DNA of 64,000 bases from Dehalococcoidia bacterium UBA1162 (GCA_002311135.1 DBZK01000020.1:121708-185707), one strand, 5' to 3'; numbered from the stretch's first letter, positions 52,044 through 63,008 are shown. The notes: generated by a model from the letters alone, not told the origin. Made by a program: numbers and translations.

Positions 52044-52409
52044 TCAGAATTTTAACCCGGCTTTGCGGGCCGCTTCGGCCAGGGCTTTTACCCTGCCTTG
52101 ATACTTATAGCCACCCCGGTCAAAAACAACCTGGCTTACCCCTTTCTCCTGGGCATTCTTTGCCAGTTCAGAGCCGACCAGTTCGGCCACCTGGGTTTTG
52201 TTTTTACCGCTGAGCTGTTCCTTAATTTTGGCATTAAGGCTGTCCGCCGAGGCCAGGGTTACCCCGCTGGCATCATCGATAATCTGCGCATGAATGTTAG
52301 CAAGGCTGCGGAACACACACAGCCTGGGTTTGGCCGCCGTACCGGAAACCGTGACCCTTATGCGGGCGTGGCGCCTCTTTCTTGCTATATTCGAACTAAC
52401 TTTAGCCAT
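52044..52409 (-). CDS. rplR: 50S ribosomal protein L18
   Basis: 121 aa. Confidence 0.95.
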   Translation of the reverse strand: MAKVSSNIARKRRHARIRVTVSGTAAKPRLCVFRSLANIHAQIIDDASGVTLASADSLNAKIKEQLSGKNKTQVAELVGSELAKNAQEKGVSQVVFDRGGYKYQGRVKALAEAARKAGLKF

Positions 52410-52411
52410 TT

Positions 52412-52966
52412 TTATTTCCCTTTTGTAGCTGTCTTGCCTGCTTTACCCGGCTTCAGGCGCAGACGTTCGCCGGCGTATTTGACACCCTTACCCTTATATG
52501 CGTCGGGAATACGTATCCTTCTGATCTCAGCCGCCGTTTCGCCTACCAGCTCTTTATCAATACCGGAAATGCGTATCTTGGTTGTGCCGTCGATTGTAAT
52601 ATCGATGCCCTTGGGCGGATCGAATTCCACCGGGTGGCTGTATCCGATCTGCAATATCAGTTTATTGCCGGCCTTCTGGGCGCGGTAGCCGACACCGCTC
52701 AGCTCGAGGTTCTTTTCAAATCCCTTGGTTACGCCTTCAACCATATTGTTCAACAGCGACCTGCTCAATCCGTGCAATGAGCGCTGCAGCCTGTTATCGC
52801 TGGACCGCGTAACGACCAGTTTTCCATCTTCCTGAGCAACTTTAATGTCAGGATGAAATTCGCGGGTCAATTTACCCTTGCTTCCCTCAACAGTAATTTC
52901 CCTGCCTTGGATTTTAATCTTAACCCCGGCAGGGATGACTACGGGCATTTGTCCTATACGAGACAC
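52412..52966 (-). CDS. rplF: 50S ribosomal protein L6
   Basis: 184 aa. Confidence 0.95.
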   Translation of the reverse strand: MSRIGQMPVVIPAGVKIKIQGREITVEGSKGKLTREFHPDIKVAQEDGKLVVTRSSDNRLQRSLHGLSRSLLNNMVEGVTKGFEKNLELSGVGYRAQKAGNKLILQIGYSHPVEFDPPKGIDITIDGTTKIRISGIDKELVGETAAEIRRIRIPDAYKGKGVKYAGERLRLKPGKAGKTATKGK

Positions 52967-52988
52967 AGATTCACCTCTCTGAGTTCAA

Positions 52989-53381
52989 TTACCATACATA
53001 ACATAATACTTCGCCGCCAAGGTTATTCTTCCAGGCTTCCTGGCCGGTCATAATCCCTTTGGACGTAGATAAAATAGAAATGCCCAGGCCGCCGAATACC
53101 CTCGGTATTTCTCCTTTGCCGCTGTAGACCCGGAGCCCGGGTTTACTCACGCGTTCCAATCCGATGAAAGCCGGCTGTTTATCAATATATTTGAGTGTGA
53201 TCTTAATAACGCGCTGAGTTTCGCCTTTAACGATGGAGTAATCGGCGATGAATCCCTCGTCCTTGAGGATTTTAGTCATCGCAATTTTCATCTTGGAAGC
53301 AGGAACCAGCACGCTATCGTGGCGCGCCATGGCGGCATTGCGAACCCTAGTCAATAAATCGGCTATCGGATCAGTAACCAT
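52989..53381 (-). CDS. rpsH: 30S ribosomal protein S8
   Basis: 130 aa. Confidence 0.95.
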   Translation of the reverse strand: MVTDPIADLLTRVRNAAMARHDSVLVPASKMKIAMTKILKDEGFIADYSIVKGETQRVIKITLKYIDKQPAFIGLERVSKPGLRVYSGKGEIPRVFGGLGISILSTSKGIMTGQEAWKNNLGGEVLCYVW

Positions 53382-53407
53382 TGATAAACAACTCCGTCTA
53401 CTTATTA

Positions 53408-53593
53408 TTACCAGCTGGATTTCTGTACCCCGGGCAATTCACCGTTCAAGGCCAGCGTGCGGAAGCATATGCGGCAGATGCCGAATTTCCTTATGTAGGC
53501 CCTTGGCCTTCCACACAGCTTGCAGCGGTTATGCTGTTGCACCCTGTATTTCGGGGGTCGGTTTGCTTTAACAATCTTACAAAGTTTTGACAT
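53408..53593 (-). CDS. rpsZ: 30S ribosomal protein S14 type Z (zinc-binding)
   Basis: 61 aa, CKLCGR...CRIC. Confidence 0.95.
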   Translation of the reverse strand: MSKLCKIVKANRPPKYRVQQHNRCKLCGRPRAYIRKFGICRICFRTLALNGELPGVQKSSW

Positions 53594-53605
53594 TACTTTA
53601 CCTTA

Positions 53606-54148
53606 CTAATTTTTCTTAAAAGGCATGCCGATTGCTTCGAGCAACCGTCTGCCGTCCTCATCTGTCTTAGCGCTTGTCACAATCGTAATTTCTATTCCCC
53701 TGGTCTTATCCACCTTATCATATTCGATCTCGGGGAAGACAACTTGCTCTTTCATACCCAGCGTATAATTGCCCTGTCCATCAAAGGCATCCCTGGGCAC
53801 GCCCTGAAAATCGCGTATCCTGGGCAGGACCACGCTTACCAGCTTGTCGAGGAATTCATACATCCTCTGATCGCGCAGGGTAACCATCATGCCTATGGGC
53901 ACGCCCGCCCTCAGCTTAAAGGCAGCTATGGATTTCTTGGCCTTGGTAACCACAGGATGCTGGCCGGCAATGGTGGTCAGGTCCTTCTCGGCCGCTTCCA
54001 TGGCTTTGGGATTGGACAGAGATTCGCCCATCCCAAGATTGAGGACGATCTTGTTGACCCTGGGAACTTCCATAATGTTCCTATAGCCGAACTTTTTAAT
54101 CAGCTGCGGCACGATCTCTTTTTTATATCTGTCTTTTAGCCTTACCAT
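53606..54148 (-). CDS. rplE: 50S ribosomal protein L5
   Basis: 180 aa. Confidence 0.95.
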   Translation of the reverse strand: MVRLKDRYKKEIVPQLIKKFGYRNIMEVPRVNKIVLNLGMGESLSNPKAMEAAEKDLTTIAGQHPVVTKAKKSIAAFKLRAGVPIGMMVTLRDQRMYEFLDKLVSVVLPRIRDFQGVPRDAFDGQGNYTLGMKEQVVFPEIEYDKVDKTRGIEITIVTSAKTDEDGRRLLEAIGMPFKKN

Positions 54149-54166
54149 CTATCGGGTTACCTCTAT

Positions 54167-54478
54167 TTAATCAATAATTTCAGAGCAATTGTGGCAGAAC
54201 CTGGCCTTTTTACCGTCGTCCAGTACCCTGGAGCCGATACGAGCTGGCTTATTGCATTTGTTGCAGATCACCATGACGTTGGAAACGTTGATGAGCCCTT
54301 CCAGCTCGATAATACCTGCCTGCCTTGTTTGGCCTTTGGTCTTGGAATGCCGCTTAATTAAATTCAGACTTTCCACGATCACGCTTTCCTTGGTCGGTAA
54401 AGCCTTGCGCACCTTGCCTTTTTTACCCTTATCCTTGCCTGCTATGATAAGGACATTATCATTCTTCTGTATCTTCAT
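54167..54478 (-). CDS. rplX: 50S ribosomal protein L24 (variant with C-terminal Cys-x2-Cys...Cys-x2-Cys)
   Basis: 103 aa. KOW motif IIAGKDKGKKGKV. C-terminal ICNKCNKP...FCHNCSE. Confidence 0.9.
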   Translation of the reverse strand: MKIQKNDNVLIIAGKDKGKKGKVRKALPTKESVIVESLNLIKRHSKTKGQTRQAGIIELEGLINVSNVMVICNKCNKPARIGSRVLDDGKKARFCHNCSEIID

Positions 54479-54480
54479 TT

Positions 54481-54849
54481 TTAGAGCACCTCTGGTGCCA
54501 GAGAAATTATTTTCATAAAATTCTTGTCTCTCAATTCTCTTGCGACAGGTCCGAATATGCGGGTTCCCTTGGGGTTGCCCTTATCATCCAGGATGACCGC
54601 AGCATTATCGTCAAAGCGCACGTAGGAACCGTCCGGCCTGTGATGATGGTTGGAAATCCTTACGACTACCGCTTTCACCACCTCGCCTTTCTTTACCACG
54701 CCGCCCGGTATCGCGCGTTTGACGCTGCAGGTGATCACATCACCCACGGTAGCATAGCGCCTGCGCGTACCTCCCGGCACACCTATGCACATTACCTGAC
54801 GCGCACCTGTGTTATCCGCTACCTTAAGTCTGGTTAAAGTCTGAATCAC
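54481..54849 (-). CDS. rplN: 50S ribosomal protein L14
   Basis: 122 aa, [16 protein letters not shown]. Confidence 0.95.
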   Translation of the reverse strand: MIQTLTRLKVADNTGARQVMCIGVPGGTRRRYATVGDVITCSVKRAIPGGVVKKGEVVKAVVVRISNHHHRPDGSYVRFDDNAAVILDDKGNPKGTRIFGPVARELRDKNFMKIISLAPEVL

Positions 54850-54850
54850 T

Positions 54851-55150
54851 TCAGTTCTCCTGATTTCCCTGATCTACATCGTCTTTTAAGACGCCGACTA
54901 TGTCTGCTTTTTGAATTACTTCCACGATCCGCCATCTTTTGTCTTTGGACAACGGCCGGGTTTCAACGATCTTTACTACGTCGCCTACATTACATTCATT
55001 GTTCTCATCATGCGCCTTAAATCGGGCGGACTGCCTGATAACTTTGTGATACAGGGGATGCCTTCGCAGGCTCTCCGTCTGCACAACAACCGTCTTATTC
55101 ATCTTGTTGCTGGTAATCTTACCAATTCTGGTTTTACGGTTTTTTCCCAT
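54851..55150 (-). CDS. rpsQ: 30S ribosomal protein S17
   Basis: 99 aa. Confidence 0.95.
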   Translation of the reverse strand: MGKNRKTRIGKITSNKMNKTVVVQTESLRRHPLYHKVIRQSARFKAHDENNECNVGDVVKIVETRPLSKDKRWRIVEVIQKADIVGVLKDDVDQGNQEN

Positions 55151-55152
55151 CT

Positions 55153-55350
55153 TTATTTCTTGCCAAGCTCTCTCTCACGTATGATGGTGTTTATCCTGGC
55201 GATCCTTTTCCTTACAGCCGGTAACTGGCGATGGTTCACCAATTGCTTGGTTGCCAGCTTGAAGCGCAGGTTAAACAGCTCTTGATGAGCTTCCTCCAAT
55301 TTTTTATGCAATTCGGCATCGCCCAATGCCTTGATCTCAGTGAGTTTCAC
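55153..55350 (-). CDS. rpmC: 50S ribosomal protein L29
   Basis: 65 aa. Confidence 0.95.
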   Translation of the reverse strand: MKLTEIKALGDAELHKKLEEAHQELFNLRFKLATKQLVNHRQLPAVRKRIARINTIIRERELGKK

Positions 55351-55778
55351 CCTTTTACCTCTTCTTTAATAGTCTCACGTGCTACAAATCTGGTCTTGAT
55401 TGGCAACTTATAGGCGGCCAATGTGAGTGCTTCCTTAGCCATATTCTCTTTAATGCCGCCGATCTCAAATAGCATCCGGCCAGGCTTCACCACAGCTACC
55501 CAATGGTCCACAGCGCCTTTGCCGCTGCCCATACGGGTTTCAGCCGGTTTCTTGGTAACTGACTTGTCCGGAAAGATGCGGATCCATACCTGTCCGCCAC
55601 GGCGGAGGTAACGCACTATAACACGGCGTGCCGCTTCGATCTGCCTGGAAGTAATCCAATGGGCCTCACTGGCCTGCATTCCGAAGTCGCCGAAGACAAT
55701 CGTATTACCCGATTGTGCTTTACCACGCAGGTGGCCGCGGTGGCACTTACGATACTTCACTCGTTTCGGTTGTAACAC
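55347..55778 (-). CDS. rplP: 50S ribosomal protein L16
   Basis: 143 aa, [11 protein letters not shown]. Confidence 0.95.
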   Translation of the reverse strand: MLQPKRVKYRKCHRGHLRGKAQSGNTIVFGDFGMQASEAHWITSRQIEAARRVIVRYLRRGGQVWIRIFPDKSVTKKPAETRMGSGKGAVDHWVAVVKPGRMLFEIGGIKENMAKEALTLAAYKLPIKTRFVARETIKEEVKG

Positions 55779-56418
55779 TTTCTCTCCTTACTTCAGGTAT
55801 AATCCGTCCTTTATAAATCCATACTTTAACGCCGATATTGCCCATAGTGGTTGCGGCTTCAGCGAAACCATAGTCTATATCCGCACTCAAAGTATGCAGC
55901 GGCAACTGGCCTTCATGAATGGTTTCCCGTCTGGCGATTTCAGCGCCGCCCAGCCTGCCGGCACAGCTGATCTTAATGCCCTTTGCGCCGGCCTGCCTGG
56001 TTTTAAAGGCTGCCTGTTTCATGGCACGCCTGAAAGCAACACGCCTTTCCAGTGAATCAGCAATATTGCGCGCAACCAGCGCTGCCTCGATCTCAGGCTG
56101 CTCGACTTCCTTGATGGACAGTTTGACCTTCTTGCCGCAAGTCTTCTCCAGCTCCGATCTCAATTCTTCGGCCCGCTGGCCTCCCCTGCCTATCACGATG
56201 CCGGGACGGGCAGTAAATATAGTCACAATTATATCGTTCCCCTGACGGTCGAGCTCCACCCTGGCAACCGCGCCCTCGCGCAGTCTTTCCTTCACGGCCC
56301 TCCTCAACTTGAGGTCATCATGCAGCACTTCCATATAGTGCTTTTCATCGTACCATTTAGCCTTCCAGCCGCGTACGATGCCGATCCTAAAACCGTAGGG
56401 GTGTACTTTATGTCCCAA
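55747..56418 (-). CDS. rpsC: 30S ribosomal protein S3
   Basis: 223 aa, [13 protein letters not shown]. 32-nt overlap with rplP. Confidence 0.95.
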   Translation of the reverse strand: MGHKVHPYGFRIGIVRGWKAKWYDEKHYMEVLHDDLKLRRAVKERLREGAVARVELDRQGNDIIVTIFTARPGIVIGRGGQRAEELRSELEKTCGKKVKLSIKEVEQPEIEAALVARNIADSLERRVAFRRAMKQAAFKTRQAGAKGIKISCAGRLGGAEIARRETIHEGQLPLHTLSADIDYGFAEAATTMGNIGVKVWIYKGRIIPEVRRESVTTETSEVS

Positions 56419-56757
56419 TTATTTTTCCTCCTCGGAAACTAAAACCTTGATATGCGTAGCCCGCTTCAAGATGGGGCTATAGCGGCCCCTGGATTGAGGC
56501 CTGTACCTTTTAAGCGTTCGGGCCTCATCGGCTGCAATATAAACCACTTTTAATTCGGCTGGGTCCATCTGAAAGTTATTTTCGGCATTGGCCGAAGCAG
56601 ACTTAATCAGCTTGGCGACGGCCTTGGCTGCGGGCGTGGGCGTAAATTTAAGAATATTGATGGCGTCTTCCACTTTTTTACCGCGCACCATATCCACCAC
56701 AAGCCTTACCTTGCGGGGCGGTATGCCTAAATCTTTAACTACTGCTCCTACTCTCAT
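56419..56757 (-). CDS. rplV: 50S ribosomal protein L22
   Basis: 112 aa. Confidence 0.95.
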   Translation of the reverse strand: MRVGAVVKDLGIPPRKVRLVVDMVRGKKVEDAINILKFTPTPAAKAVAKLIKSASANAENNFQMDPAELKVVYIAADEARTLKRYRPQSRGRYSPILKRATHIKVLVSEEEK

Positions 56758-56768
56758 TTTCTACCTGC

Positions 56769-57068
56769 TTACGTCAACGGCTTCTTGACTGGCGCTGGCG
56801 CTGCTGTTGCCTTGCCGACATGGCCTCGGAATGTACGGGTGATGGCAAATTCGCCCAGCTTATGGCCAACCATATTTTCAGTCACGAAAATAGGCACGTG
56901 GCGCCTTCCGTCATGCACACCTATTGTATGGCCGATCATTTCGGGCATAATGGTGGAAGAGCGAGCCCAGGTCTTAATGACCTGTTTTTCACCCTTCTTA
57001 TTAAGGGCTTCTATTTTTTTCAGCAGCTTGGGATGACAGTACGGGCCCTTTCTCGCTGAACGTGACAT
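56769..57068 (-). CDS. rpsS: 30S ribosomal protein S19
   Basis: 99 aa. Confidence 0.95.
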   Translation of the reverse strand: MSRSARKGPYCHPKLLKKIEALNKKGEKQVIKTWARSSTIMPEMIGHTIGVHDGRRHVPIFVTENMVGHKLGEFAITRTFRGHVGKATAAPAPVKKPLT

Positions 57069-57083
57069 ACTTAATTTACCTCT

Positions 57084-57914
57084 TTATTTTTCGGCATACC
57101 TGCGCCTGACGATCAATTTATCGGACGGTTTGCCGCTGCGGGTCCTATGGCCCAACGCCGGCTTACCCTGAGGCGTTTTGGGGGCCATGCCGCGCGGCGC
57201 TCTGCCTTCACCGCCGCCATGCGGATGGTCACGCGGGCTCATAGCCGAGCCTCTGACCTTGGGCCGCCGTCCCAGCAGCCGTATTCGACCTGCTTTGCCT
57301 GATTTAACATTCTGGTGGTCCAGGTTTCCCACCTGGCCGATAGTAGCACGGCACTCGATCATAAACCGCCTGACCTCGCCGGAGGGTAAACGTACCGTTG
57401 CATATTTATCTTCGCGACCGAGCAACTGGGCGGACGTGCCAGCGCTCCTGACTATCTGCCCTCCCTTATTGGGTTCGAACTCCAAGTTATGTATCATGGT
57501 GCCTGAGGGGATATTTGCCAGCGGCAAATTGTTACCGGGCTTGATCTCGGCATCCACCCCCGTCATTACATTATCTCCGACACCCAATCCCAGTGGGCAC
57601 AATATGTAGCGCTTCTCGCCATCGGCGTAGAAAATCAGTGCTATACGGGCGGAGCGGCCGGGATCATACTCGATTGCAGCCACCTTACCGGGAATGCCGA
57701 GCTTATCGCGTTTAAAATCTATAATACGGGTCCTGCGTTTGGCGCCACCGCCTCTATGGCGTGTGGTAATAACGCCCCTGCTATTCCTTCCGGCTTTCTT
57801 CTTCTGAGGAACCAGCAGCGACTTTTCCGGCTCGGTCTTGGTAATATCATCAAAGGATATCTTTACCATTCCGCGACGGCCGGGAGATGTAGGGCGAAAT
57901 ATCTTTAAAGCCAA
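57084..57914 (-). CDS. rplB: 50S ribosomal protein L2
   Basis: 276 aa. TTG start preceded by AGGAG 8 nt upstream. Confidence 0.95.
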   Translation of the reverse strand: MALKIFRPTSPGRRGMVKISFDDITKTEPEKSLLVPQKKKAGRNSRGVITTRHRGGGAKRRTRIIDFKRDKLGIPGKVAAIEYDPGRSARIALIFYADGEKRYILCPLGLGVGDNVMTGVDAEIKPGNNLPLANIPSGTMIHNLEFEPNKGGQIVRSAGTSAQLLGREDKYATVRLPSGEVRRFMIECRATIGQVGNLDHQNVKSGKAGRIRLLGRRPKVRGSAMSPRDHPHGGGEGRAPRGMAPKTPQGKPALGHRTRSGKPSDKLIVRRRYAEK

Positions 57915-57934
57915 CTCTAACTACTCCTAGCTTT

Positions 57935-57997
57935 TTACGGATGACGTCTTTGCCATCGGTTCTTTCTCAAGAGCTTACGATGCTTATGCTTCGCCAT
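57935..57997 (-). CDS. 20-codon highly basic micro-ORF (MAKHKHRKLLRKNRWQRRHP) in the 133-nt rplW-rplB spacer; candidate mini ribosomal protein (bS22-like)
   Basis: Hand translation of the minus strand. 12 of 20 residues are K/R/H. The stop lies immediately before the rplB RBS. It fills an unusually long gap in an otherwise tightly packed operon. The SD (AAGAAG) is weak. Confidence 0.4.
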   Translation of the reverse strand: MAKHKHRKLLRKNRWQRRHP

Positions 57998-58047
57998 CTT
58001 CTTTTTGCGTTTCTTTATAACAGAACCCAATTTCTACTCCTGTTATC

Positions 58048-58332
58048 TTATACTCCCTCAAAGAGCTGTATTTTGTCGCCTTCTTTGAGTGTTACTATTG
58101 CTTTTTTCCAGCGCGGGCTGGTCACCTGTCGCTTGCCCATTTTCTTCGTTTCGCCAGGCACATATACGACATTGACGTTTACCACGCCCACTTTAAAAGC
58201 CTTCTCCACTGCCTTCTTTACCTCGTATTTGGTAGCCCTTTTATTTACTTCGAAGACATATTTGCCACCCTCGGAGAGGCGGGTGCTCTTTTCAGTTACG
58301 AGCGGCCTGCGAAGCACTTCATATATATCCAT
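58048..58332 (-). CDS. rplW: 50S ribosomal protein L23
   Basis: 94 aa. Confidence 0.95.
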   Translation of the reverse strand: MDIYEVLRRPLVTEKSTRLSEGGKYVFEVNKRATKYEVKKAVEKAFKVGVVNVNVVYVPGETKKMGKRQVTSPRWKKAIVTLKEGDKIQLFEGV

Positions 58333-58358
58333 AAACTTACATTAACCCTCTTAGAAAT

Positions 58359-59018
58359 CTATGCTGCCTTCTGTTCCTGTTTATCCGATTCCTTCTTATC
58401 CCAGATCTCCTCAATGCGCCTTATCGCATCGACATCCAGGATCAGAATCTTATAGGAAAGCAGGTCGGCAACGTTGAGCATTGAGACCATGGTGGTTTTT
58501 ACTCCCGGGATATTGGAGCTTGCCATAGTAATATAATCGTTGCCCAGCGCCACCCCTATAATGGCGGTGCTTTCAACGCCCAGGCGATCGAGTATCTCAT
58601 CGACCAGCTTGGTCTTTGGCTCACTGATCTCCAGCTTATCCAGAATCTTCAATTCGCCGTCGCGCACCTTGCCTGAAAGCACGCTTCTCAAAGCCAGCCT
58701 TCGCATCTTCTTAGGCATGGCCTGCCGATAGCTGCGCGGGTGCGGCCCGAAGACAACACCGCCTCCCTTCAAGAGGGGGGAGGTGGCACTGCCCCGCCTT
58801 GCTCTGCCGGTATGTTTCTGGGCGTACATTTTCTTGGTGCTTCTGCTCACGGAGGACCGGGTCTGAGAATCGGCAGTGCCCTGCCTGCGATTGGCAAGCT
58901 GCGCCAACAGCGCCTGGTGAACTACCGCTTCGTTCACTGTCTGGCCAAATACGTAATCACTTACGCTGATTTTGCCAGCCTTTTTACTTTTTAAGTTAAT
59001 TACCTCTAAATCCATCAC
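58359..59018 (-). CDS. rplD: 50S ribosomal protein L4
   Basis: 219 aa. Confidence 0.95.
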   Translation of the reverse strand: MMDLEVINLKSKKAGKISVSDYVFGQTVNEAVVHQALLAQLANRRQGTADSQTRSSVSRSTKKMYAQKHTGRARRGSATSPLLKGGGVVFGPHPRSYRQAMPKKMRRLALRSVLSGKVRDGELKILDKLEISEPKTKLVDEILDRLGVESTAIIGVALGNDYITMASSNIPGVKTTMVSMLNVADLLSYKILILDVDAIRRIEEIWDKKESDKQEQKAA

Positions 59019-59026
59019 AATAGCCC

Positions 59027-59635
59027 TTAAGAGGCGCTCTCTATTAACACTAATCCGTTTTTGCCGCCCGGTATTGCGCCTTTGAGTAAAACTATATTTT
59101 TAGCCTGGTCGACCTCAACCACTTCGAGATTGCGTACCGTCACTTTGCGGTCGCCCATATGTCCTGCCATTCGCAGGCCCTTGAATACACGGCCCGGTGT
59201 GGTTGTAGACCCGACTGAACCGGGAGCGCGGTGCCTGTCCGATTGACCGTGGGTCTTAGGCCCGCCCCGGAAATGATACCTTTTCACTCCGCCGGCGAAC
59301 CCTTTTCCCTTGGAGATTCCCTCAACCTGGACGATATCGCCAGGCTTAAATATGGTCACATCTATCTTTTGCCCGACCTGGTAATCCTTAACATCATCGG
59401 TTCGCAGCTCACGAAGATATCTATAAGCGCCGTTCTCTTTCAGGTGGCCTTTTTCAGCTTTGGTCAGTTTCTTGGACTCGCCAAAGCCAAGCTGCACCGC
59501 ATTATATTTGTCCTTTTCGACCGTTTTAACCTGCGTGACACAGCATGGCCCGGCCTCAATAGCCGTAACGGCTATCTCCAGGTTTTCCCTGTAAAGCTGC
59601 GTCATGCCAATTTTTTTACCAAGTAAGCCAGCCAT
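59027..59635 (-). CDS. rplC: 50S ribosomal protein L3
   Basis: 202 aa. Confidence 0.95.
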   Translation of the reverse strand: MAGLLGKKIGMTQLYRENLEIAVTAIEAGPCCVTQVKTVEKDKYNAVQLGFGESKKLTKAEKGHLKENGAYRYLRELRTDDVKDYQVGQKIDVTIFKPGDIVQVEGISKGKGFAGGVKRYHFRGGPKTHGQSDRHRAPGSVGSTTTPGRVFKGLRMAGHMGDRKVTVRNLEVVEVDQAKNIVLLKGAIPGGKNGLVLIESAS

Positions 59636-59646
59636 ATCTTCAATTC

Positions 59647-59955
59647 CTATAATCTGATATCGATTTCTACACCTGACGGCAACTGCAACTGCGTCAAGGC
59701 GTCAATAGTCTTGCTGGTCGGACCCACGATATCAATCAGCCTTTTATGAGTCCGTATTTCAAATTGCTCCCGTGAATCCTTGTCGATGTGAGGCGACCGT
59801 ATTACACAGAACTTCTCTATCCTGGTCGGAAGCGGCACCGGCCCAATAACCTCTGCGCCGGATTTGATGGCTGTTTCAATGATCTGACCGGCAGATTGGT
59901 CCACCAACCTATGATCATAACCCCTCAATTTAATTCTTATCTTCTGCTTGGTCAT
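59647..59955 (-). CDS. rpsJ: 30S ribosomal protein S10
   Basis: 102 aa. Confidence 0.95.
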   Translation of the reverse strand: MTKQKIRIKLRGYDHRLVDQSAGQIIETAIKSGAEVIGPVPLPTRIEKFCVIRSPHIDKDSREQFEIRTHKRLIDIVGPTSKTIDALTQLQLPSGVEIDIRL

Positions 59956-62034
59956 TTACCTACCCTTTGATTTAGCTAACATTTCCTCAAGTATACTGGC
60001 CGGCACTTCGCTATAATGATCGAATTCCATCGAAGACGTGGCTCTGCCCTGAGTAAGCGACCTTAATGCTGTTGTATAACCGAATGATTCTGCCAGCGGC
60101 ACAAAGCAGTGGATAACACATGTTTCGCCGTGGGTCTCGATTCCTTCGATGTGGCCCCGCCTGGAATTGATATCGCCTATCACATCGCCCATAAAGGAGG
60201 CAGGTGTCACCGCTTCCAGCCGCATGATCGGCTCAAGCACTACCGGTTTGGCCTTGGCCACACCCGCTTTGAGGGCCATAGATCCGGCCATCTTAAAGGC
60301 CATTTCCGATGAGTCTACCTCGTGTTCACTACCATCGAAAACCGTTACCGTGACATCAACCAACGGGTATCCGCTTAGTCCACCGCTATCCAGCGCTTCA
60401 CGTACACCAGCTTCAATAGCAGGGATATACTGCCTGGATATATCTCCACCGCGAACCCCATTAACAAATTTAAATCCACTGTTCCGCTCGCCGGGCTCGA
60501 TTCTTAACCAGCAGTGGCCGTATTGTCCGTGGCCGCCGGTCTGCCGAATAAAGCGGCCTTCCGCTTCAACAGCTAGGGTGACAGTCTCTTTATAGGCAAC
60601 CTGGGGTTTGCCAACGCGCACCTGCACGCCGAATTCCCTCATCATACGGTCGATCAAGACCTCAAGATGCAGTTCGCCCATGCCGGATATAATGGTTTGT
60701 CCTGTTTCTTCGTTAGAACGTACTTTAAAGGTCGGGTCCTCTTCCGACAGCCTGCCAAGCGCATCGCCCAACTTATCCTGGTCAGCCTTGCTCTTGGGCT
60801 CAACCGCCATGGATATAACCGGCTCAGGGAACTTAATATCTTCCAGGAGTATGGATTGGCCCGCCTCGCAGAGGGTATCCCCTGTAAAGGTGTTCTTCAA
60901 ACCGAGTGTGGCCGCTATGCTACCGGTATCGACTTCATCGATTTCCTCACGCTTGTTAGCGTGCATCAGCAGCAGCCTGCCCAGTCGTTCTTTGGTATCC
61001 CTGCTGGCATTGTAAATCTGGGTGCCCACTTTCACACGGCCTGAATACACCCTGAAATAGACCAGCCTGCCTACGAAGGGATCTGATACAACTTTAAATG
61101 CCAGGGCACTGAACGGCGCGTCATCACTGGCCGGACGGGCAACTTCCTGTCCGCTAACGGTATCGATCGCCTTCAAAGGCGGTTTGTTTAAAGGGGACGG
61201 AAGATAATCGACAACGGCATCCAGCACTAATTGAATTCCTTTGTTTCTCAAGGCAGTGCCGCACACAATAGGAACTATCCTATTGGCAACTGTCAGCCGC
61301 CTGATGGCAGCTTTTATGTCCTCTATATCGATATCCTGGTTATCTACATATTTAAGCATAAGCTGGTCATCGTTTTCCGCCAGCTTCTCTATCATTTTGT
61401 GCCTTTCTTTGGCTGCTTCCTCTTTTAAATCGTCAGGAACCTGCATTTCCTGCGGTTCCTCGGTAACTTCATCGGGGAACGTCCAGGCTTTGTCGGCAAC
61501 CAGGTCCACCACCCCGATAAACGCACTCTCTCTCCCGATCGGAAGCTGTATGGAAACCGTTCTGGCCTTGAGCCTCTCCTCTATCATCTCGATAGTGCGC
61601 AGATAGTCGGCGCCCACCCTATCCATTTTATTAATGAAACATATACGCGGAACACCGTATTTGTCGGCCTGGCGCCATACAGTCTCGGACTGTGCTTCGA
61701 CACCCGCTACCGCATCCAGGACAACCACTCCACCATCGAGGACGCGCAGGCTGCGCTCAACTTCAGCCGTAAAATCAACGTGGCCCGGCGTATCAATAAT
61801 GTTTATGCGGTGCTCCCGCCAGTGGCATGTAGTTGCAGCGGAGGTTATGGTGATGCCTCGTTCCCTTTCCTGAACCATCCAGTCCATGACGGCCGTGCCA
61901 TCATGCACTTCACCGACTTTATAGGTCCTGCCGGTATAGAATAAAATACGTTCGGTTGTAGTGGTCTTGCCGGCATCGATATGTGCGATAATACCTATAT
62001 TCCGAACTTTATCAAGCGGAAATGATCTTGTCAT
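59956..62034 (-). CDS. fusA: elongation factor G
   Basis: [16 protein letters not shown]1 motif plus domains II-V. The start is placed at the Met of [15 protein letters not shown] (ATG 62034). The longer ORF to 62091 would overlap rpsG. Confidence 0.9.
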   Translation of the reverse strand: MTRSFPLDKVRNIGIIAHIDAGKTTTTERILFYTGRTYKVGEVHDGTAVMDWMVQERERGITITSAATTCHWREHRINIIDTPGHVDFTAEVERSLRVLDGGVVVLDAVAGVEAQSETVWRQADKYGVPRICFINKMDRVGADYLRTIEMIEERLKARTVSIQLPIGRESAFIGVVDLVADKAWTFPDEVTEEPQEMQVPDDLKEEAAKERHKMIEKLAENDDQLMLKYVDNQDIDIEDIKAAIRRLTVANRIVPIVCGTALRNKGIQLVLDAVVDYLPSPLNKPPLKAIDTVSGQEVARPASDDAPFSALAFKVVSDPFVGRLVYFRVYSGRVKVGTQIYNASRDTKERLGRLLLMHANKREEIDEVDTGSIAATLGLKNTFTGDTLCEAGQSILLEDIKFPEPVISMAVEPKSKADQDKLGDALGRLSEEDPTFKVRSNEETGQTIISGMGELHLEVLIDRMMREFGVQVRVGKPQVAYKETVTLAVEAEGRFIRQTGGHGQYGHCWLRIEPGERNSGFKFVNGVRGGDISRQYIPAIEAGVREALDSGGLSGYPLVDVTVTVFDGSEHEVDSSEMAFKMAGSMALKAGVAKAKPVVLEPIMRLEAVTPASFMGDVIGDINSRRGHIEGIETHGETCVIHCFVPLAESFGYTTALRSLTQGRATSSMEFDHYSEVPASILEEMLAKSKGR

Positions 62035-62084
62035 TGTTTTAGCACCCTGGCCGGATTTAGGCCGGGATTCCCTGATTCCTGAAG

Positions 62085-62555
62085 TTACCATCTGTAATGT
62101 GCGAACGCCTTGTTGGCCTCAGCCATCTTGTGCGTATCCTGCTTCTTTTTAATGGAGTTACCCTGACCCTGCGCAGCATCCATCAACTCTGCGGCCAGCT
62201 TCTCAGCCATCGACCTTCCGCTGCGATCCCGGGCAAAGGTTATAATCCACTTTGTAGCAAGGAATTCACCACGCTCCGGTGTAACCTCGATTGGGACCTG
62301 ATATGTGGCACCGCCAACGCGCCTCGATTTGACCTGAAGCATGGGCGCCGTATTTTTCATGGCCTGCTCAAACACGCCCAACGGGTCGCTCTTCATCTGC
62401 TTGTTGATCCGATCGAAAGCATCATAAACAATACCCTGGGCTGTGGCCTTTTTGCCCTTATACATTATTTTATTAATAAACCGCGCAACAACCGGGCTCC
62501 CATATTTGGGATCCGGGCTGACTATTTTGTTGACAAATTTGGCTCGCCTTGACAT
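62085..62555 (-). CDS. rpsG: 30S ribosomal protein S7
   Basis: 156 aa. Confidence 0.95.
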   Translation of the reverse strand: MSRRAKFVNKIVSPDPKYGSPVVARFINKIMYKGKKATAQGIVYDAFDRINKQMKSDPLGVFEQAMKNTAPMLQVKSRRVGGATYQVPIEVTPERGEFLATKWIITFARDRSGRSMAEKLAAELMDAAQGQGNSIKKKQDTHKMAEANKAFAHYRW

Positions 62556-62573
62556 ATCATCTCCCCGTTATAA

Positions 62574-63008
62574 TTAGCTTGCGGCGACAGTAGCTGCCTT
62601 TGCACGTTTGGCGCCGTATTTACTGCGGCCCTGCCTGCGCTTATCTACTCCCGCAGCATCGAGTGTGCCCCTGATAATATGATAGCGGACACCGGGCAGG
62701 TCTTTAACCCTGCCTCCGCGGATAAGTACTACAGAGTGTTCCTGAAGGTTATGGCCTTCGCCCGGAATGTAGGCCGTGACCTCAATGTGATTGGTCAGCC
62801 TGACACGGGCGATCTTGCGCAGAGCCGAGTTAGGCTTTTTGGGGGTCATAGTTTTGACCTGCACACATACGCCGCGTTTCTGGGGTGAGCAGACGCCTTT
62901 CCTGCTGCGGTTTTTCAGCGAGTTATATATGACCTGCAGCGCAGGAGCTTTGGTCTTCCTGCCTATTCTGTGGCGTCCCTTTCTTACCAGTTGGTTTATC
63001 GTCGGCAT
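62574..63008 (-). CDS. rpsL: 30S ribosomal protein S12 (with ~14-aa N-terminal-region insertion)
   Basis: 144 aa. [11 protein letters not shown]...[10 protein letters not shown]. Confidence 0.95.
   Translation of the reverse strand: MPTINQLVRKGRHRIGRKTKAPALQVIYNSLKNRSRKGVCSPQKRGVCVQVKTMTPKKPNSALRKIARVRLTNHIEVTAYIPGEGHNLQEHSVVLIRGGRVKDLPGVRYHIIRGTLDAAGVDKRRQGRSKYGAKRAKAATVAAS

Noticed and set aside
57941-58345. 134-aa plus-strand ORF covering the rplW-rplB spacer and rplW
   Set aside because: Antisense to rplW with Leu/Ser/Phe low-complexity translation. The micro-ORF on the ribosomal-gene strand is the better explanation of the spacer.
62035-62091. Extended fusA N-terminus ([19 protein letters not shown]...) overlapping rpsG
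   Set aside because: EF-G normally starts 8-10 residues before the RNIGI motif. The extension is not conserved sequence and would overlap the S7 gene. The internal ATG at 62034 has a GGGTG SD-like sequence upstream.
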